Shown piece after piece: positions 50,770 through 60,091 of a stretch of 64,000 bases of DNA. The position numbers and the translations under genes are program-made. Source of the stretch: a virus. How positions within the stretch are numbered: the first letter of the stretch is position 1; every line of letters begins with the position of its first letter. The notes under the pieces are model-generated. The model saw only the letters and a list, made by a program, of their open reading frames with translations, did not search any database and was not told the DNA's origin. Location of the stretch: the IMG/VR virus record IMGVR_UViG_3300013126_000012, positions 32,001-96,000 of that record; one strand, given 5' to 3'.

Positions 50770-51435
50770 TCAATACGTTTCATTTAGAAGTTTTAAAATT
50801 TCATTTAATGATTCGTGTCGATGATTATCTAATAATATTATTTCATTAACATACTGTGATTTTGTTAATTTAGGTACTTCGTGCACAGCTGAATCATTTG
50901 AGAATTTTAAATCTATTTGATAACGATCTCCCGTTAATATCATGATACTATCTTTACCTAAACGAGATACAACCATTTGAAGTTGTTGTTTAGTTAAATT
51001 TTGGAATTCATCTACGATACAAACAGCATGATCGAAAGTCCGACCTCGGAAATGTGCTAAAGAAACTAATTCAATGTGTTCTTCTCGTTCCAATTTATCT
51101 AATATATCCGGTTTATTATAAACTTTACGCATATTGCTACGTAAAGGAACTAACCATGGATCCATTTTTTCTGCTAAAGACCCGGGAAGAAATCCGTTAT
51201 CTTCATTTGATACTGTAGGCCGTGTTATGATAATTTTATTTATTTTTCTTTTAAAAAACATATCCAATGCAACTTGAACTGCTAACAATGTTTTACCAGA
51301 TCCAGCTTTACCTAAAATAAAATTAAATGGTGTTTCTATAATTTTTGATTTGGCTCGTTTTTGTTCTTGAGACAATGTTATTGAAAATTTAATGTCATTT
51401 TTTGGTGGAGTTTTTTCTCGATTTTGCGTAGTCAT
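50770..51435 (-). CDS. phoH: PhoH-like ATPase
   Basis: GKAGSGKT, ITRP, GFLPG, RGRTF, DEFQN, GD..QID. Confidence 0.93.
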   Translation of the reverse strand: MTTQNREKTPPKNDIKFSITLSQEQKRAKSKIIETPFNFILGKAGSGKTLLAVQVALDMFFKRKINKIIITRPTVSNEDNGFLPGSLAEKMDPWLVPLRSNMRKVYNKPDILDKLEREEHIELVSLAHFRGRTFDHAVCIVDEFQNLTKQQLQMVVSRLGKDSIMILTGDRYQIDLKFSNDSAVHEVPKLTKSQYVNEIILLDNHRHESLNEILKLLNETY

Positions 51436-51451
51436 AACTAACCTTTTTTCG

Positions 51452-51727
51452 TTAAAATAATTTTGTAAGTGTTGATTCGCGAAGTGTCATATCTTTCAAC
51501 GTCTCAATTTTACCTAAACAAGCTTGGCGTAACGCTTTATAAGTTTCTCTTGGAGCATATGGTGTCATTACTTTAATTGTAATTAATTCTTTGTCTTTAC
51601 CAAGATCTTGTTCAATATGAACCATTAAAACTAAACTTATTGCACGAATTCTATCTAACACATCTACTAATCTACCATTATAGCGTATAATAGTTTGCAT
51701 TGAATATTTGTTATATGATACTGCCAT
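51452..51727 (-). CDS. Hypothetical protein
   Basis: ORF with ATATTTATA upstream. Confidence 0.65.
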   Translation of the reverse strand: MAVSYNKYSMQTIIRYNGRLVDVLDRIRAISLVLMVHIEQDLGKDKELITIKVMTPYAPRETYKALRQACLGKIETLKDMTLRESTLTKLF

Positions 51728-51755
51728 AATCTTTTAATATAAATATACAACCAGT

Positions 51756-51779
51756 AAAAAAGGGTGACCGAAGCCACCC
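51756..51779 (-). terminator. Intrinsic terminator with cUUCGg loop after major capsid gene
   Basis: GGGTGGC-TTCG-GTCACCC plus T6. Confidence 0.9.
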
Positions 51780-51832
51780 TTTCTCTTTTAATTAGTTAAT
51801 TCGTTAAATATAAAGCTAATCGAAGTTAACTA

Positions 51833-53500
51833 TTAAAGCGTGTTAAGACCGTGAACGTATACTTTTCCGTAGAATTCAGGACGAACTACTTTCTTCGCAT
51901 AACGTGTCATAACACCTTTACGTGGAGTGAAGTTTACTGGATCATATACAAGCGGAGTCATAATCAACGGAATATATGGGCTAAATACAGCACCTGTTTC
52001 AAGGAACTGTGCACCACGGAATCCCATAAGGATTACATTCTCTAACATGTATGGGTTTTTGTATACTGTATAACGGTTATTGATGCTACCAATTTTTTGA
52101 ACACCTGCAGCAAATTCCATTTTGTTACCATCTGTCTCAGCAGCAAATCCTGGGATAGACTCAAGGATAGTTGCAACTGCAGGAGATGTTACTAAGAAAT
52201 TAGCACCACCACGTAATGTTTTTTGGTGAATCTTATTAGATACTTTTTGAAGTTTGGTACCTAAAGTTTGGAACCATCCACCTTGGGTGTTGTAATATCC
52301 ATCACCAACCGCAGTAGCTGCACCAGCACCAGATTGAGTAAATCCAGAACCGTTCCAGAAGTTGTTGTTTAATGCTGACCAATACTCAGTTGTTGGAGCT
52401 GCTGAAATCAACATATCAAGGATTTCAAGATCGATTTCCATTGATACATATTCAGACAACATTGAAGTTAATTCAGCTTCAGCATCAATTGAATGGTATG
52501 CATTTAAATCTTGAGCAAATTCAGGAGTCCATACTGCTTTCAACTTACGAGTCTTAGCAACAATTGGCTCAGATTGCATTTCAAGGTTGATTTCTGGTAT
52601 ATCAATATCAACACCAGTGTTAATACCTGTATTAGCAGAAGATCCTTTGAATGGATTTTTGTCTTCAAAATCACCACGCGTGATATCGGTAGGTTGTTTG
52701 CTATAATTTAATTTGAAATTTCCAGCACCGATTGATGAAGAAATTGCAGCTGCTTGAGTTGTTGTTACAATAAATGATGCAGTGTAATTGCTAGTAATAG
52801 TTGAAAATGCTTGTACCGGGATAATTTCAGTCTCTCCAGATCCAGAAGCAAATGTCCAAGAACGTACTGCATATAAATCAGCATCAGTAGGTACATTGAC
52901 AGTTACGGTTTTGTAACTTGATAATGCTGTTGTAAAATTACCATCATAATTAACAGATGCTGAAGTAGCATTAGTTGAACTCGTTTCTGCAGTTACAGCG
53001 GTAGTTGTATAAGGAATTGAATATCCAAAACGACCAGCACCATAAAGACCGCCAGCTGCATCACTACCAGTTGTAGTAACACCAAACATTGAGTCTAATG
53101 CATTAGGATTTCCAAATGGATCTCCGGTACGATTTAAATTATCATCATCAAATCCCGGTACAGCTGTACCATATTTGAAGTCAAGATAGAAAATAAGACC
53201 TGATGGCAAATTCATTGGTTGAACTGAAACGAATTCTTTTGCTGCAAATTCAGCAAAAATACGACGTACCAATGGAAGTGCTACACCTGCCCACTCTTCT
53301 GATCCTTGTGCAGTTCCAGTTGCAGATGATTCTTTTACTAATTGACGTGCTTGGTTTTCAAGCAATTGTGCCATTCCGGCACGTTCGGTTTCGCCACGAA
53401 GACCTTCTAAAAGTCCCGTTCTTTCCCATTTCGTTACCAACGCTTTTGCATTGTTTCGTTGAACGAAATCATTTGTTTGTAATAAGTTTGAAATACTCAT
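51833..53500 (-). CDS. Major capsid protein (T4 gp23-like)
   Basis: LPLVRR, VQPMNLPSGLIF, KTRKLKAVWT.E.AQDL.A.H.IDAE.EL, PYIPL, F.PRKGVMTRY. Confidence 0.97.
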   Translation of the reverse strand: MSISNLLQTNDFVQRNNAKALVTKWERTGLLEGLRGETERAGMAQLLENQARQLVKESSATGTAQGSEEWAGVALPLVRRIFAEFAAKEFVSVQPMNLPSGLIFYLDFKYGTAVPGFDDDNLNRTGDPFGNPNALDSMFGVTTTGSDAAGGLYGAGRFGYSIPYTTTAVTAETSSTNATSASVNYDGNFTTALSSYKTVTVNVPTDADLYAVRSWTFASGSGETEIIPVQAFSTITSNYTASFIVTTTQAAAISSSIGAGNFKLNYSKQPTDITRGDFEDKNPFKGSSANTGINTGVDIDIPEINLEMQSEPIVAKTRKLKAVWTPEFAQDLNAYHSIDAEAELTSMLSEYVSMEIDLEILDMLISAAPTTEYWSALNNNFWNGSGFTQSGAGAATAVGDGYYNTQGGWFQTLGTKLQKVSNKIHQKTLRGGANFLVTSPAVATILESIPGFAAETDGNKMEFAAGVQKIGSINNRYTVYKNPYMLENVILMGFRGAQFLETGAVFSPYIPLIMTPLVYDPVNFTPRKGVMTRYAKKVVRPEFYGKVYVHGLNTL

Positions 53501-53530
53501 CGTTTTCCTTTTGTTTGTTTTTTTTTTGTT

Positions 53531-54568
53531 TTACAATAATCCAGCTAATTTTTTCCATCTGTTAGCTAATTCAAAGCCTTCAGATAAAACTTGGGTTGTT
53601 TCTACTCTTGGCGCCGTAGTTGTAATTGGTTTAGAAGCATATGATTCTTTAACTACTCGTTTCTTTGTTGGTCTTTTAAAACTTTCAGCCAATGTAGCAA
53701 AAACTAATTTTGCCTCTCTTGTATTGCCAGCTCTGTCAAAATTTTCAATTACTTTCATTTTTTGAGGTTCTGACAATTCAAAATTGCGGAATAACTTGTT
53801 TGTGTAAAGAAGTTTAGCATTAAGCAAGTTTACTTCATTGATAACAGTTTGAAGATGTTTAACTGTGCGATATGCTTCTGTAAGTTCTTCATTTTTTGCA
53901 TCCAATTCCATTTCCATTGCTTCCATTGGCGTTTGTTTTTTAGACGCCATCATATCTTCTTCATCCTCTTCACGAAGAATAGCTTCAATGATTTCATCAA
54001 TTGACTCAGAAGTCATATCATCTTCTGCATCATAGCCTTCCGCAGTCATATCATCTTCTGCATCATAGCCTTCCGCAGTCATTTCGTCTGATCCTAGATC
54101 GCCCGTAGTCATTTGGTCTGATTCTAGATCGCCTTCTAATTCACGAATGATTGATTCGATATTTAAATCGCCGTCATACATTCCTTCATTGTACTCGGCA
54201 GTCATTTCTTCGTCACTCGGTACTTCTTCTTCTGCAGTATCTGCAACTTCACCACCACCTTGTGAATAAATGTCGAATTCATCAAATTCACCATCACCAT
54301 CAACATCAATTGATAAATCACCAACATCATTTCCACCCGGAAGTGTTTCTGCTGCAGCAGCAGCATTCATGTCCTCACCAGCTTCTTTTCCGCCAGTCAT
54401 GTCCATGTCTTCTTCGCCTTCGATCTCGTTTGTTAACTTAGTTGATAACATTCTTTCTAATCTAGGTGCGAAGGCTTCTTGTAAAGCAATTTTTGCGTTT
54501 GCTAAAGCAGTTTCTTTAACAGCTTTTGCGTCAGCAATTGCTTCTTTTAGCAAGTCTGATTTTGCCAT
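53531..54568 (-). CDS. Prohead core/scaffolding protein
   Basis: Very acidic with coiled-coil C-terminus (EVNLLNAKLLY); immediately upstream of MCP; strong SD. Confidence 0.8.
   Translation of the reverse strand: MAKSDLLKEAIADAKAVKETALANAKIALQEAFAPRLERMLSTKLTNEIEGEEDMDMTGGKEAGEDMNAAAAAETLPGGNDVGDLSIDVDGDGEFDEFDIYSQGGGEVADTAEEEVPSDEEMTAEYNEGMYDGDLNIESIIRELEGDLESDQMTTGDLGSDEMTAEGYDAEDDMTAEGYDAEDDMTSESIDEIIEAILREEDEEDMMASKKQTPMEAMEMELDAKNEELTEAYRTVKHLQTVINEVNLLNAKLLYTNKLFRNFELSEPQKMKVIENFDRAGNTREAKLVFATLAESFKRPTKKRVVKESYASKPITTTAPRVETTQVLSEGFELANRWKKLAGLL
54011..54076. repeat. 33-bp tandem duplication in scaffold (AEGYDAEDDMT x2)
   Basis: agtcatatcatcttctgcatcatagccttccgc twice, exact. Confidence 0.85.
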
Positions 54569-54703
54569 CGTTTCTCCTTAAATTTTGTTTTTTGGAAATA
54601 AGATTATTTGAAATCTTAATAGAATATAAATAATAAGTATAAACGCTATATAAAGATGAATAGCGTATTCTAAAATAAATATAGCACCGTTTGAAAAACC
54701 AGT

Positions 54704-54732
54704 AAAAAAGCCCTAACTTTTTTTGTTAGGGC
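54704..54732 (-). terminator. Intrinsic terminator after bS21
   Basis: GCCCTAAC-A7-GTTAGGGC plus T6. Confidence 0.8.
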
Positions 54733-54753
54733 CTACTTTTTTTGTTAAAAGAA

Positions 54754-54990
54754 TTAAAATGAATTTAAATCTTTAATTCGTTGAATGAATGCAGCTCGTT
54801 TTTTCTGTGCTCGTTTTTCAACACACGGTTTTATAAATTCTTTGCGTTGTTTAACTGCTTCTAAAACTCCTGCCGATTTTACTTTACGTTTCCAGGTTCT
54901 TAAAGCAAACCCTAAATCTTGATTTACTACGTTAACTGCCGTTGCATTACCTGGTAAAATGCTTTGATGTTGTTTTTGGTGTTTATTCAT
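54754..54990 (-). CDS. rpsU: Phage-encoded ribosomal protein bS21
   Basis: V.V...DL..ALR.WKRKV..AGVL...KQRKEFIKP.V.KR..KK.A, typical bS21 pattern. Confidence 0.82.
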   Translation of the reverse strand: MNKHQKQHQSILPGNATAVNVVNQDLGFALRTWKRKVKSAGVLEAVKQRKEFIKPCVEKRAQKKRAAFIQRIKDLNSF

Positions 54991-55002
54991 GTATAACTAT
55001 TT

Positions 55003-55578
55003 TTAAATTTTTCTAGATGGTTTAGAATTTCTTACATTAAATCTAAAATGTTTTAATTCTGGTTTTTGTGCTAAATATCCTTGAAGTTTTTGAGATTCTA
55101 AAGCAGGATCTTGTCCTAAACGAAAATAAAAATAACCAATTTTCTTATTTGGAGAAATTATTTTTTTAATTATAGTAAAGCCTTTTCGTTTTGACCATTC
55201 TTGTATTTCTTGTGCAACTAATTCTGCAGTAGATGGATCTCGCAATACATATTCAATTCCGCCTCTATAATCTGTAATGTTATTAACTAGTTGTGCTTCG
55301 TCAATATCAATCTCTTTAATAGCCTTCTTACGTACGTTTCTGCGATTTTTTAAATAACGATCTGTTTTGGTATTTTTCTTTCCATCATTATCTATATCAT
55401 CATCTTCATGCCCAACTGGATCTAAATCTTCAGTTGTCATACCCGGCTTAACTAATTTAACAGTCATTCCTTTTTTAGCCATTTCTTCTGCTTGTTTTGG
55501 ATCTTCAGTTTCTATTTTACCAGCAGCTTCGGTTAAACCGAAAAAATCACGATATAATTTTTTTAATGAATTCATCAT
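55003..55578 (-). CDS. Hypothetical head-module protein with DxDNDG motif
   Basis: EDLDPVGHEDDDIDNDG...DRYLKNRR. Confidence 0.6.
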   Translation of the reverse strand: MMNSLKKLYRDFFGLTEAAGKIETEDPKQAEEMAKKGMTVKLVKPGMTTEDLDPVGHEDDDIDNDGKKNTKTDRYLKNRRNVRKKAIKEIDIDEAQLVNNITDYRGGIEYVLRDPSTAELVAQEIQEWSKRKGFTIIKKIISPNKKIGYFYFRLGQDPALESQKLQGYLAQKPELKHFRFNVRNSKPSRKI

Positions 55579-55618
55579 TCTTACCTTTAATATAATAAGT
55601 TTTTTTCAAACAACCAAA

Positions 55619-55996
55619 TTATCCTACTTCGAAGTAACGATTCAAATGTTGTCCAATATTTTCATATGCAATTGCCATTCGATCTTGTGCTTCTTTTAAA
55701 TCTCGTGCAGCTTGTTCAAAATCACGATAATCTTCATGCATTCGTTTGTTACCTTTTTTATGAGCAACATTTGCCATCCAATCATCACTTTCGGTCATAA
55801 TTTTATCTGCACGATCTACAATTTGTTTAACACGTTCAACAATCTGCTCTAAGTCACCTTTACCATATACCCCATCACTCATTGCAGAAAAATTAGCAAT
55901 CTCTTGAACGAATGCTTGTTTTTCTTCACGTGTCATTGGCTTAGGTTGATCTTGCAGCAATGTTTCTAAAATGAATTTTAAATTTGGTGTTTTCAT
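55619..55996 (-). CDS. Hypothetical head-module protein
   Basis: Helical ORF directly downstream of protease; LKFILE near N-terminus. Confidence 0.65.
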   Translation of the reverse strand: MKTPNLKFILETLLQDQPKPMTREEKQAFVQEIANFSAMSDGVYGKGDLEQIVERVKQIVDRADKIMTESDDWMANVAHKKGNKRMHEDYRDFEQAARDLKEAQDRMAIAYENIGQHLNRYFEVG

Positions 55997-56628
55997 TATA
56001 TTATCCTACATTTTCCATCTTCACATAAAATTGATGTGATAATGTTATTTACTTTTGCGTATTTATTTGTTGTTATATTTTTATTTACTGATTCGTGCAT
56101 GTGCGTAGGACGCATAAAAGCTCCATGGGTAGACGGATTAGATACAAAGTCCCAACATATCAATTCAAAATCTTCTTGGACTTCTACGGTGCCTTCATTA
56201 CGTAATTCTTTAACTGACCCTAACCCTCGCGAGGAAATTCCCAATATAATTCCAGCTTTAAAAAGTTCCTTAAGAATTCTACCAGATGGCGTATCTAAAA
56301 TTTGTACAGCTCCATGTAAATCATCACCTTTCCACCAAATTTTTAAAACATTATGAGAAACGTTATTTAAGTTTACTACTGATGATTCTGGATGATCTAA
56401 TTCGCCTAATGCTCTATGTTGATCGATATATTCCATTTGATAACGTTGACATTCTCTTTCTAAAATACGTTTTGGATATATACGACCGTTTTGATTTTTA
56501 GCGCCTGCTCGTTGCAAAACTCCTTGAACAACAAAACCACCAGGTATTCCATATGCAGCACCCGATGATTCAGTTAATGAACCTATAGGTTTAAACGGAA
56601 TATATTCTACTATCAGTTGTTTTGACAT
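55996..56628 (-). CDS. Prohead core protease (T4 gp21-like)
   Basis: NQNGRIYP, ALGELDHP, VSH, ILDTPSG, GISSRGLGS, DFVSNPS. Confidence 0.95.
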   Translation of the reverse strand: MSKQLIVEYIPFKPIGSLTESSGAAYGIPGGFVVQGVLQRAGAKNQNGRIYPKRILERECQRYQMEYIDQHRALGELDHPESSVVNLNNVSHNVLKIWWKGDDLHGAVQILDTPSGRILKELFKAGIILGISSRGLGSVKELRNEGTVEVQEDFELICWDFVSNPSTHGAFMRPTHMHESVNKNITTNKYAKVNNIITSILCEDGKCRII

Positions 56629-56629
56629 T

Positions 56630-57322
56630 TTATTCTCCTAATGCTCTTACTCGCTCCGATATTTTAATTAATCTTTCTGATATTTTATTTAGTGCGTTAT
56701 CTACAGAAGGACCATAGCCGTTTCTAGCAACACCAGATTCGTTTTTTAATTGAGATGCATACTTTACTGTTTGTTCAATTGATTGAAGCTGTTTTGCAAC
56801 TTCTTTAATTGTATGTTTAATTTTAGATTCGGGCGTTAATTTTGCATTGCCGGTAGCATATGAACGATATGATTCAATAAGTTGTTCATATTTAGAATCT
56901 AGCATTTCATCAATATTATGTTTGATTTTTTTAGTTTTGTCTTTTTTACTAGCAGTTCTCGGCGTACCTGTTAAATTTTTTGACGGGTATTCATAGTTTT
57001 TATGTTGCCAAATACCATCGTTTTCTGCAAAAGAAAATTTATCAGTATATTCTTCTTCATCCTCTGGTTTTTGATAAGAGCCTAATGTCCAATCAGCTGG
57101 TTTATTTACAGATTCATATGTTTTATTTTTATTTCGCCATTTTCCTGGTGCTGCAAATGCTGCAGGTATATTATATCCGGCAACTCCGCCGGTACCGGAA
57201 ATTTCATCAATCTCTTGGCTTTTACAAATACATTGATCCATAGGACGATCACATGCATCACAATAATCTGCAGATTCTATCACAATGAATTTTTCTTCAA
57301 TTTGTTTTAAAAACGATTTCAT
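56630..57322 (-). CDS. Hypothetical head-module protein
   Basis: DEISGTGGVAGYNIPAAF; coiled-coil C-terminus. Confidence 0.65.
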   Translation of the reverse strand: MKSFLKQIEEKFIVIESADYCDACDRPMDQCICKSQEIDEISGTGGVAGYNIPAAFAAPGKWRNKNKTYESVNKPADWTLGSYQKPEDEEEYTDKFSFAENDGIWQHKNYEYPSKNLTGTPRTASKKDKTKKIKHNIDEMLDSKYEQLIESYRSYATGNAKLTPESKIKHTIKEVAKQLQSIEQTVKYASQLKNESGVARNGYGPSVDNALNKISERLIKISERVRALGE

Positions 57323-58173
57323 TAATGAATTCCTTTTAATTCTCTAATTAAATCAAAATAGCGCAACAATGAAAGTACATGAGATTCTTTAATCGATTTC
57401 ATATTTTCTACAGTACATAACATTTCTGAAAGTTTTTTTACTTTAATTTTTGTAGCTTTATCTGATATTTGATTTGCCTGTTGTGTCAGATCTGATTTGA
57501 TTTTAGGAATAATTTTTTCTACATATTCGCGTAATGCAACAGTATCATTAACATTTGTAATATACTTGTTCAACAATTGTTTTTGAGATTCATCTAATGT
57601 AGAAGAATATTTTGTATTAAATTTATCAACAAGTAATTTATATGTTAATAATCGAATGTCTTTTGTTTGAGATTTGAATACTTCGGTTAATGTATCTTTA
57701 ACATGAGATTTTTTTGTAGGCATCATAACATGCTCAACAATTACACTCTTATATGCTGATATTTGTTTCGGATTATCCGTTTCAGCATGTTCAAAAATCA
57801 TGTTAATTGATGCTAATGCCTTATAGTTCGAAATATGTATTTTGGCTAAATCGTCAAATACAAATTTTTCAGAAATTTCTTTAACTAAATTATATCGTTG
57901 TCGTTTTAATACAGACTGATTTAATTTATCGTGAGCAGCTTTTACTGTACGAATATAATCTAACGCGAGTGCTTCACTTTTAAATTGTTCTTTTATTAAT
58001 GAATTATATAAATACAATTCTTTTGCTAATTCTGTATTTTTACCGAAATATTTTTTAATAATATCAACAGTAACAGTTTTATTTGATGATAACGTTTCTG
58101 AAGTTAATTTTCTAACTAACATTTCAAAAAGAATTCCGGTATTCTTATATTTTGAATGTTTTAATTTCTTCAT
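57322..58173 (-). CDS. Hypothetical protein downstream of portal
   Basis: KHSKYKNTGILFE start; helical. Confidence 0.7.
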   Translation of the reverse strand: MKKLKHSKYKNTGILFEMLVRKLTSETLSSNKTVTVDIIKKYFGKNTELAKELYLYNSLIKEQFKSEALALDYIRTVKAAHDKLNQSVLKRQRYNLVKEISEKFVFDDLAKIHISNYKALASINMIFEHAETDNPKQISAYKSVIVEHVMMPTKKSHVKDTLTEVFKSQTKDIRLLTYKLLVDKFNTKYSSTLDESQKQLLNKYITNVNDTVALREYVEKIIPKIKSDLTQQANQISDKATKIKVKKLSEMLCTVENMKSIKESHVLSLLRYFDLIRELKGIH

Positions 58174-58216
58174 GTTTATCCAATCATTTTTTTATTTTAT
58201 ATAAATATGTATCTTT

Positions 58217-60058
58217 TTATAAAATGTTGTTTTCATCTAACAATGTGTTTTTATCTGAATCATCTTGTGTTTGTTTTGGTTTTAATGATTCCGTAATTAT
58301 AGACACGCCTTTATTTTTTATTTTTAAATGTTTTAATATGTCATGACCTTCTGCGGATACCGGACGATTGTTTCGATTCCATCTAGTATCCGGTTGAAAT
58401 GTTGTTTGTTGATTTTGTGGATTGAATACTTGTTTTAATTCTTTTCTACCGGTAAGATCCCATCCAAATGCATTTTTATGTTGACCGGACTTAATTCCTT
58501 CTTTTGGCCTGCCGCCTTTATCTTTTTCTTCTACTTCACCCGATGACATATGAATTGATGCTAAATCATGAGGAGTTCCATATGACACTCCAGTAACTGC
58601 AGGATCATTGCCTTCTTGTTCAATTTGGTTTTGACGGAATCTTAATTTTAAATCTTCTACAACATCACTTCGTTCTTGAAGCCATTGTTCTTCGGACATA
58701 TTAAATATGTATTCGTAAATGTATCTATCTGAAACTAGTTTTGAATCTTTCATAGCAGTTGCTAATGTCATTTTTTCAGTCATTAATGCAACTTTTTGTT
58801 GATCATATATGATTGATGGAGCCGTTAATTCCAATTGAAAACTAACCAAATCTTCACCTTCAAATCCTTGAGCATATAAATGTACAATTGCAATTTTAGT
58901 TAATTCAGAAATTGCAATTCTTTGAATTCGTTCGATTGTTCTAGCAAAACGAATATCCATTGCAGCTAATGTGGTTTTTCCCTCTACTCCTTCTTCATAT
59001 CCTAAAAATGCTTTTGGAATTTTTAAAGCCGCCATCATTTTATCTTTAACATAATTAATGTCATCCATTCCGGTAAAAGTCATACCCGGTAATGTATCAA
59101 TTGATGTTGTAGAGTTACCGCCGCGGACTGGTAAATAATAATCTTCTAACATATTGTTAAGATTAAATTTTAAATTGTAATTACCAGTTTGTTGATCGAT
59201 ATGTGGAATTTTTCTCATTTTATTAATAATCGTTTCCATAAATGAATCAACTTCATTTGGTGGAATGTTACCAATATCAATTTTAAATATACGTTTTTCT
59301 GGTGCACGCATAATACGATGAATTAACATCGCATCTTCCATCATCATTAATTTTTGAAATTCTTTACGAGCTCCTTCTAACATTGATCTGCCATATGGTA
59401 AAAAATTAGAATCTGATAACATTCGGAAATGTGCCATTTCAAAAACATCATACGTAATATTTGGACTACCAACGTGACGAAATTGAATTTTATATTCTCC
59501 CGTTGCTTCATCATATTCTTCAAATCGTTCTACTTCATATGCAGATAATGGTCGAACATTTAATACTCCAATCTCTTCTGCAATATCTAGTTTCAAAAAG
59601 AAATCCCCATATTTTACCATGTTTCGAATCCATGTCCATAAATTGAATTCTATATTTAAAACATCATAAAATAAATTATAAAGTATTTTTTGTACGTTTG
59701 ATTTGTCTGTTTTGATCGTTAGGATATCTCCAAATTGATCAGCTAATGTTGATTCATCTGAATATATATCGAGTGCTGAACTAATAATAGGATCTCGGTC
59801 CATCATTTCATAGTCAGCATAAAGCTGCATACGATTTTGATGCATATAGTAGTTAGAATCATAACCACCCATACCTCCAACCATGTGCTTATTTGCACCA
59901 TGCATTCTAGTATATCTATCTGCAACTTTGGTTTGATTTAAATTACCGACACCTTGTAGTCGGTTTGTATCTATTACTCGAAGTTTATCTTTACCATAAG
60001 CTCGAACAACCACATTCGTAGCAAATAGATTTTGTAAGCGTTTTCTTAGTGTCGGCAT
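58217..60058 (-). CDS. Portal protein (T4 gp20-like)
   Basis: MEDAMLIHRIMRAPEKRIFKIDIGN, EDYYLPVRG, IDTLPG, ALKIP. Confidence 0.95.
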   Translation of the reverse strand: MPTLRKRLQNLFATNVVVRAYGKDKLRVIDTNRLQGVGNLNQTKVADRYTRMHGANKHMVGGMGGYDSNYYMHQNRMQLYADYEMMDRDPIISSALDIYSDESTLADQFGDILTIKTDKSNVQKILYNLFYDVLNIEFNLWTWIRNMVKYGDFFLKLDIAEEIGVLNVRPLSAYEVERFEEYDEATGEYKIQFRHVGSPNITYDVFEMAHFRMLSDSNFLPYGRSMLEGARKEFQKLMMMEDAMLIHRIMRAPEKRIFKIDIGNIPPNEVDSFMETIINKMRKIPHIDQQTGNYNLKFNLNNMLEDYYLPVRGGNSTTSIDTLPGMTFTGMDDINYVKDKMMAALKIPKAFLGYEEGVEGKTTLAAMDIRFARTIERIQRIAISELTKIAIVHLYAQGFEGEDLVSFQLELTAPSIIYDQQKVALMTEKMTLATAMKDSKLVSDRYIYEYIFNMSEEQWLQERSDVVEDLKLRFRQNQIEQEGNDPAVTGVSYGTPHDLASIHMSSGEVEEKDKGGRPKEGIKSGQHKNAFGWDLTGRKELKQVFNPQNQQTTFQPDTRWNRNNRPVSAEGHDILKHLKIKNKGVSIITESLKPKQTQDDSDKNTLLDENNIL

Positions 60059-60091
60059 AATAATATCGTATTTAAATATAAATATAACTTG

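Noticed and set aside
54011-54076. 33-bp repeat as CRISPR or regulatory repeat
   Set aside because: In-frame tandem duplication in the acidic scaffold linker, with no spacers
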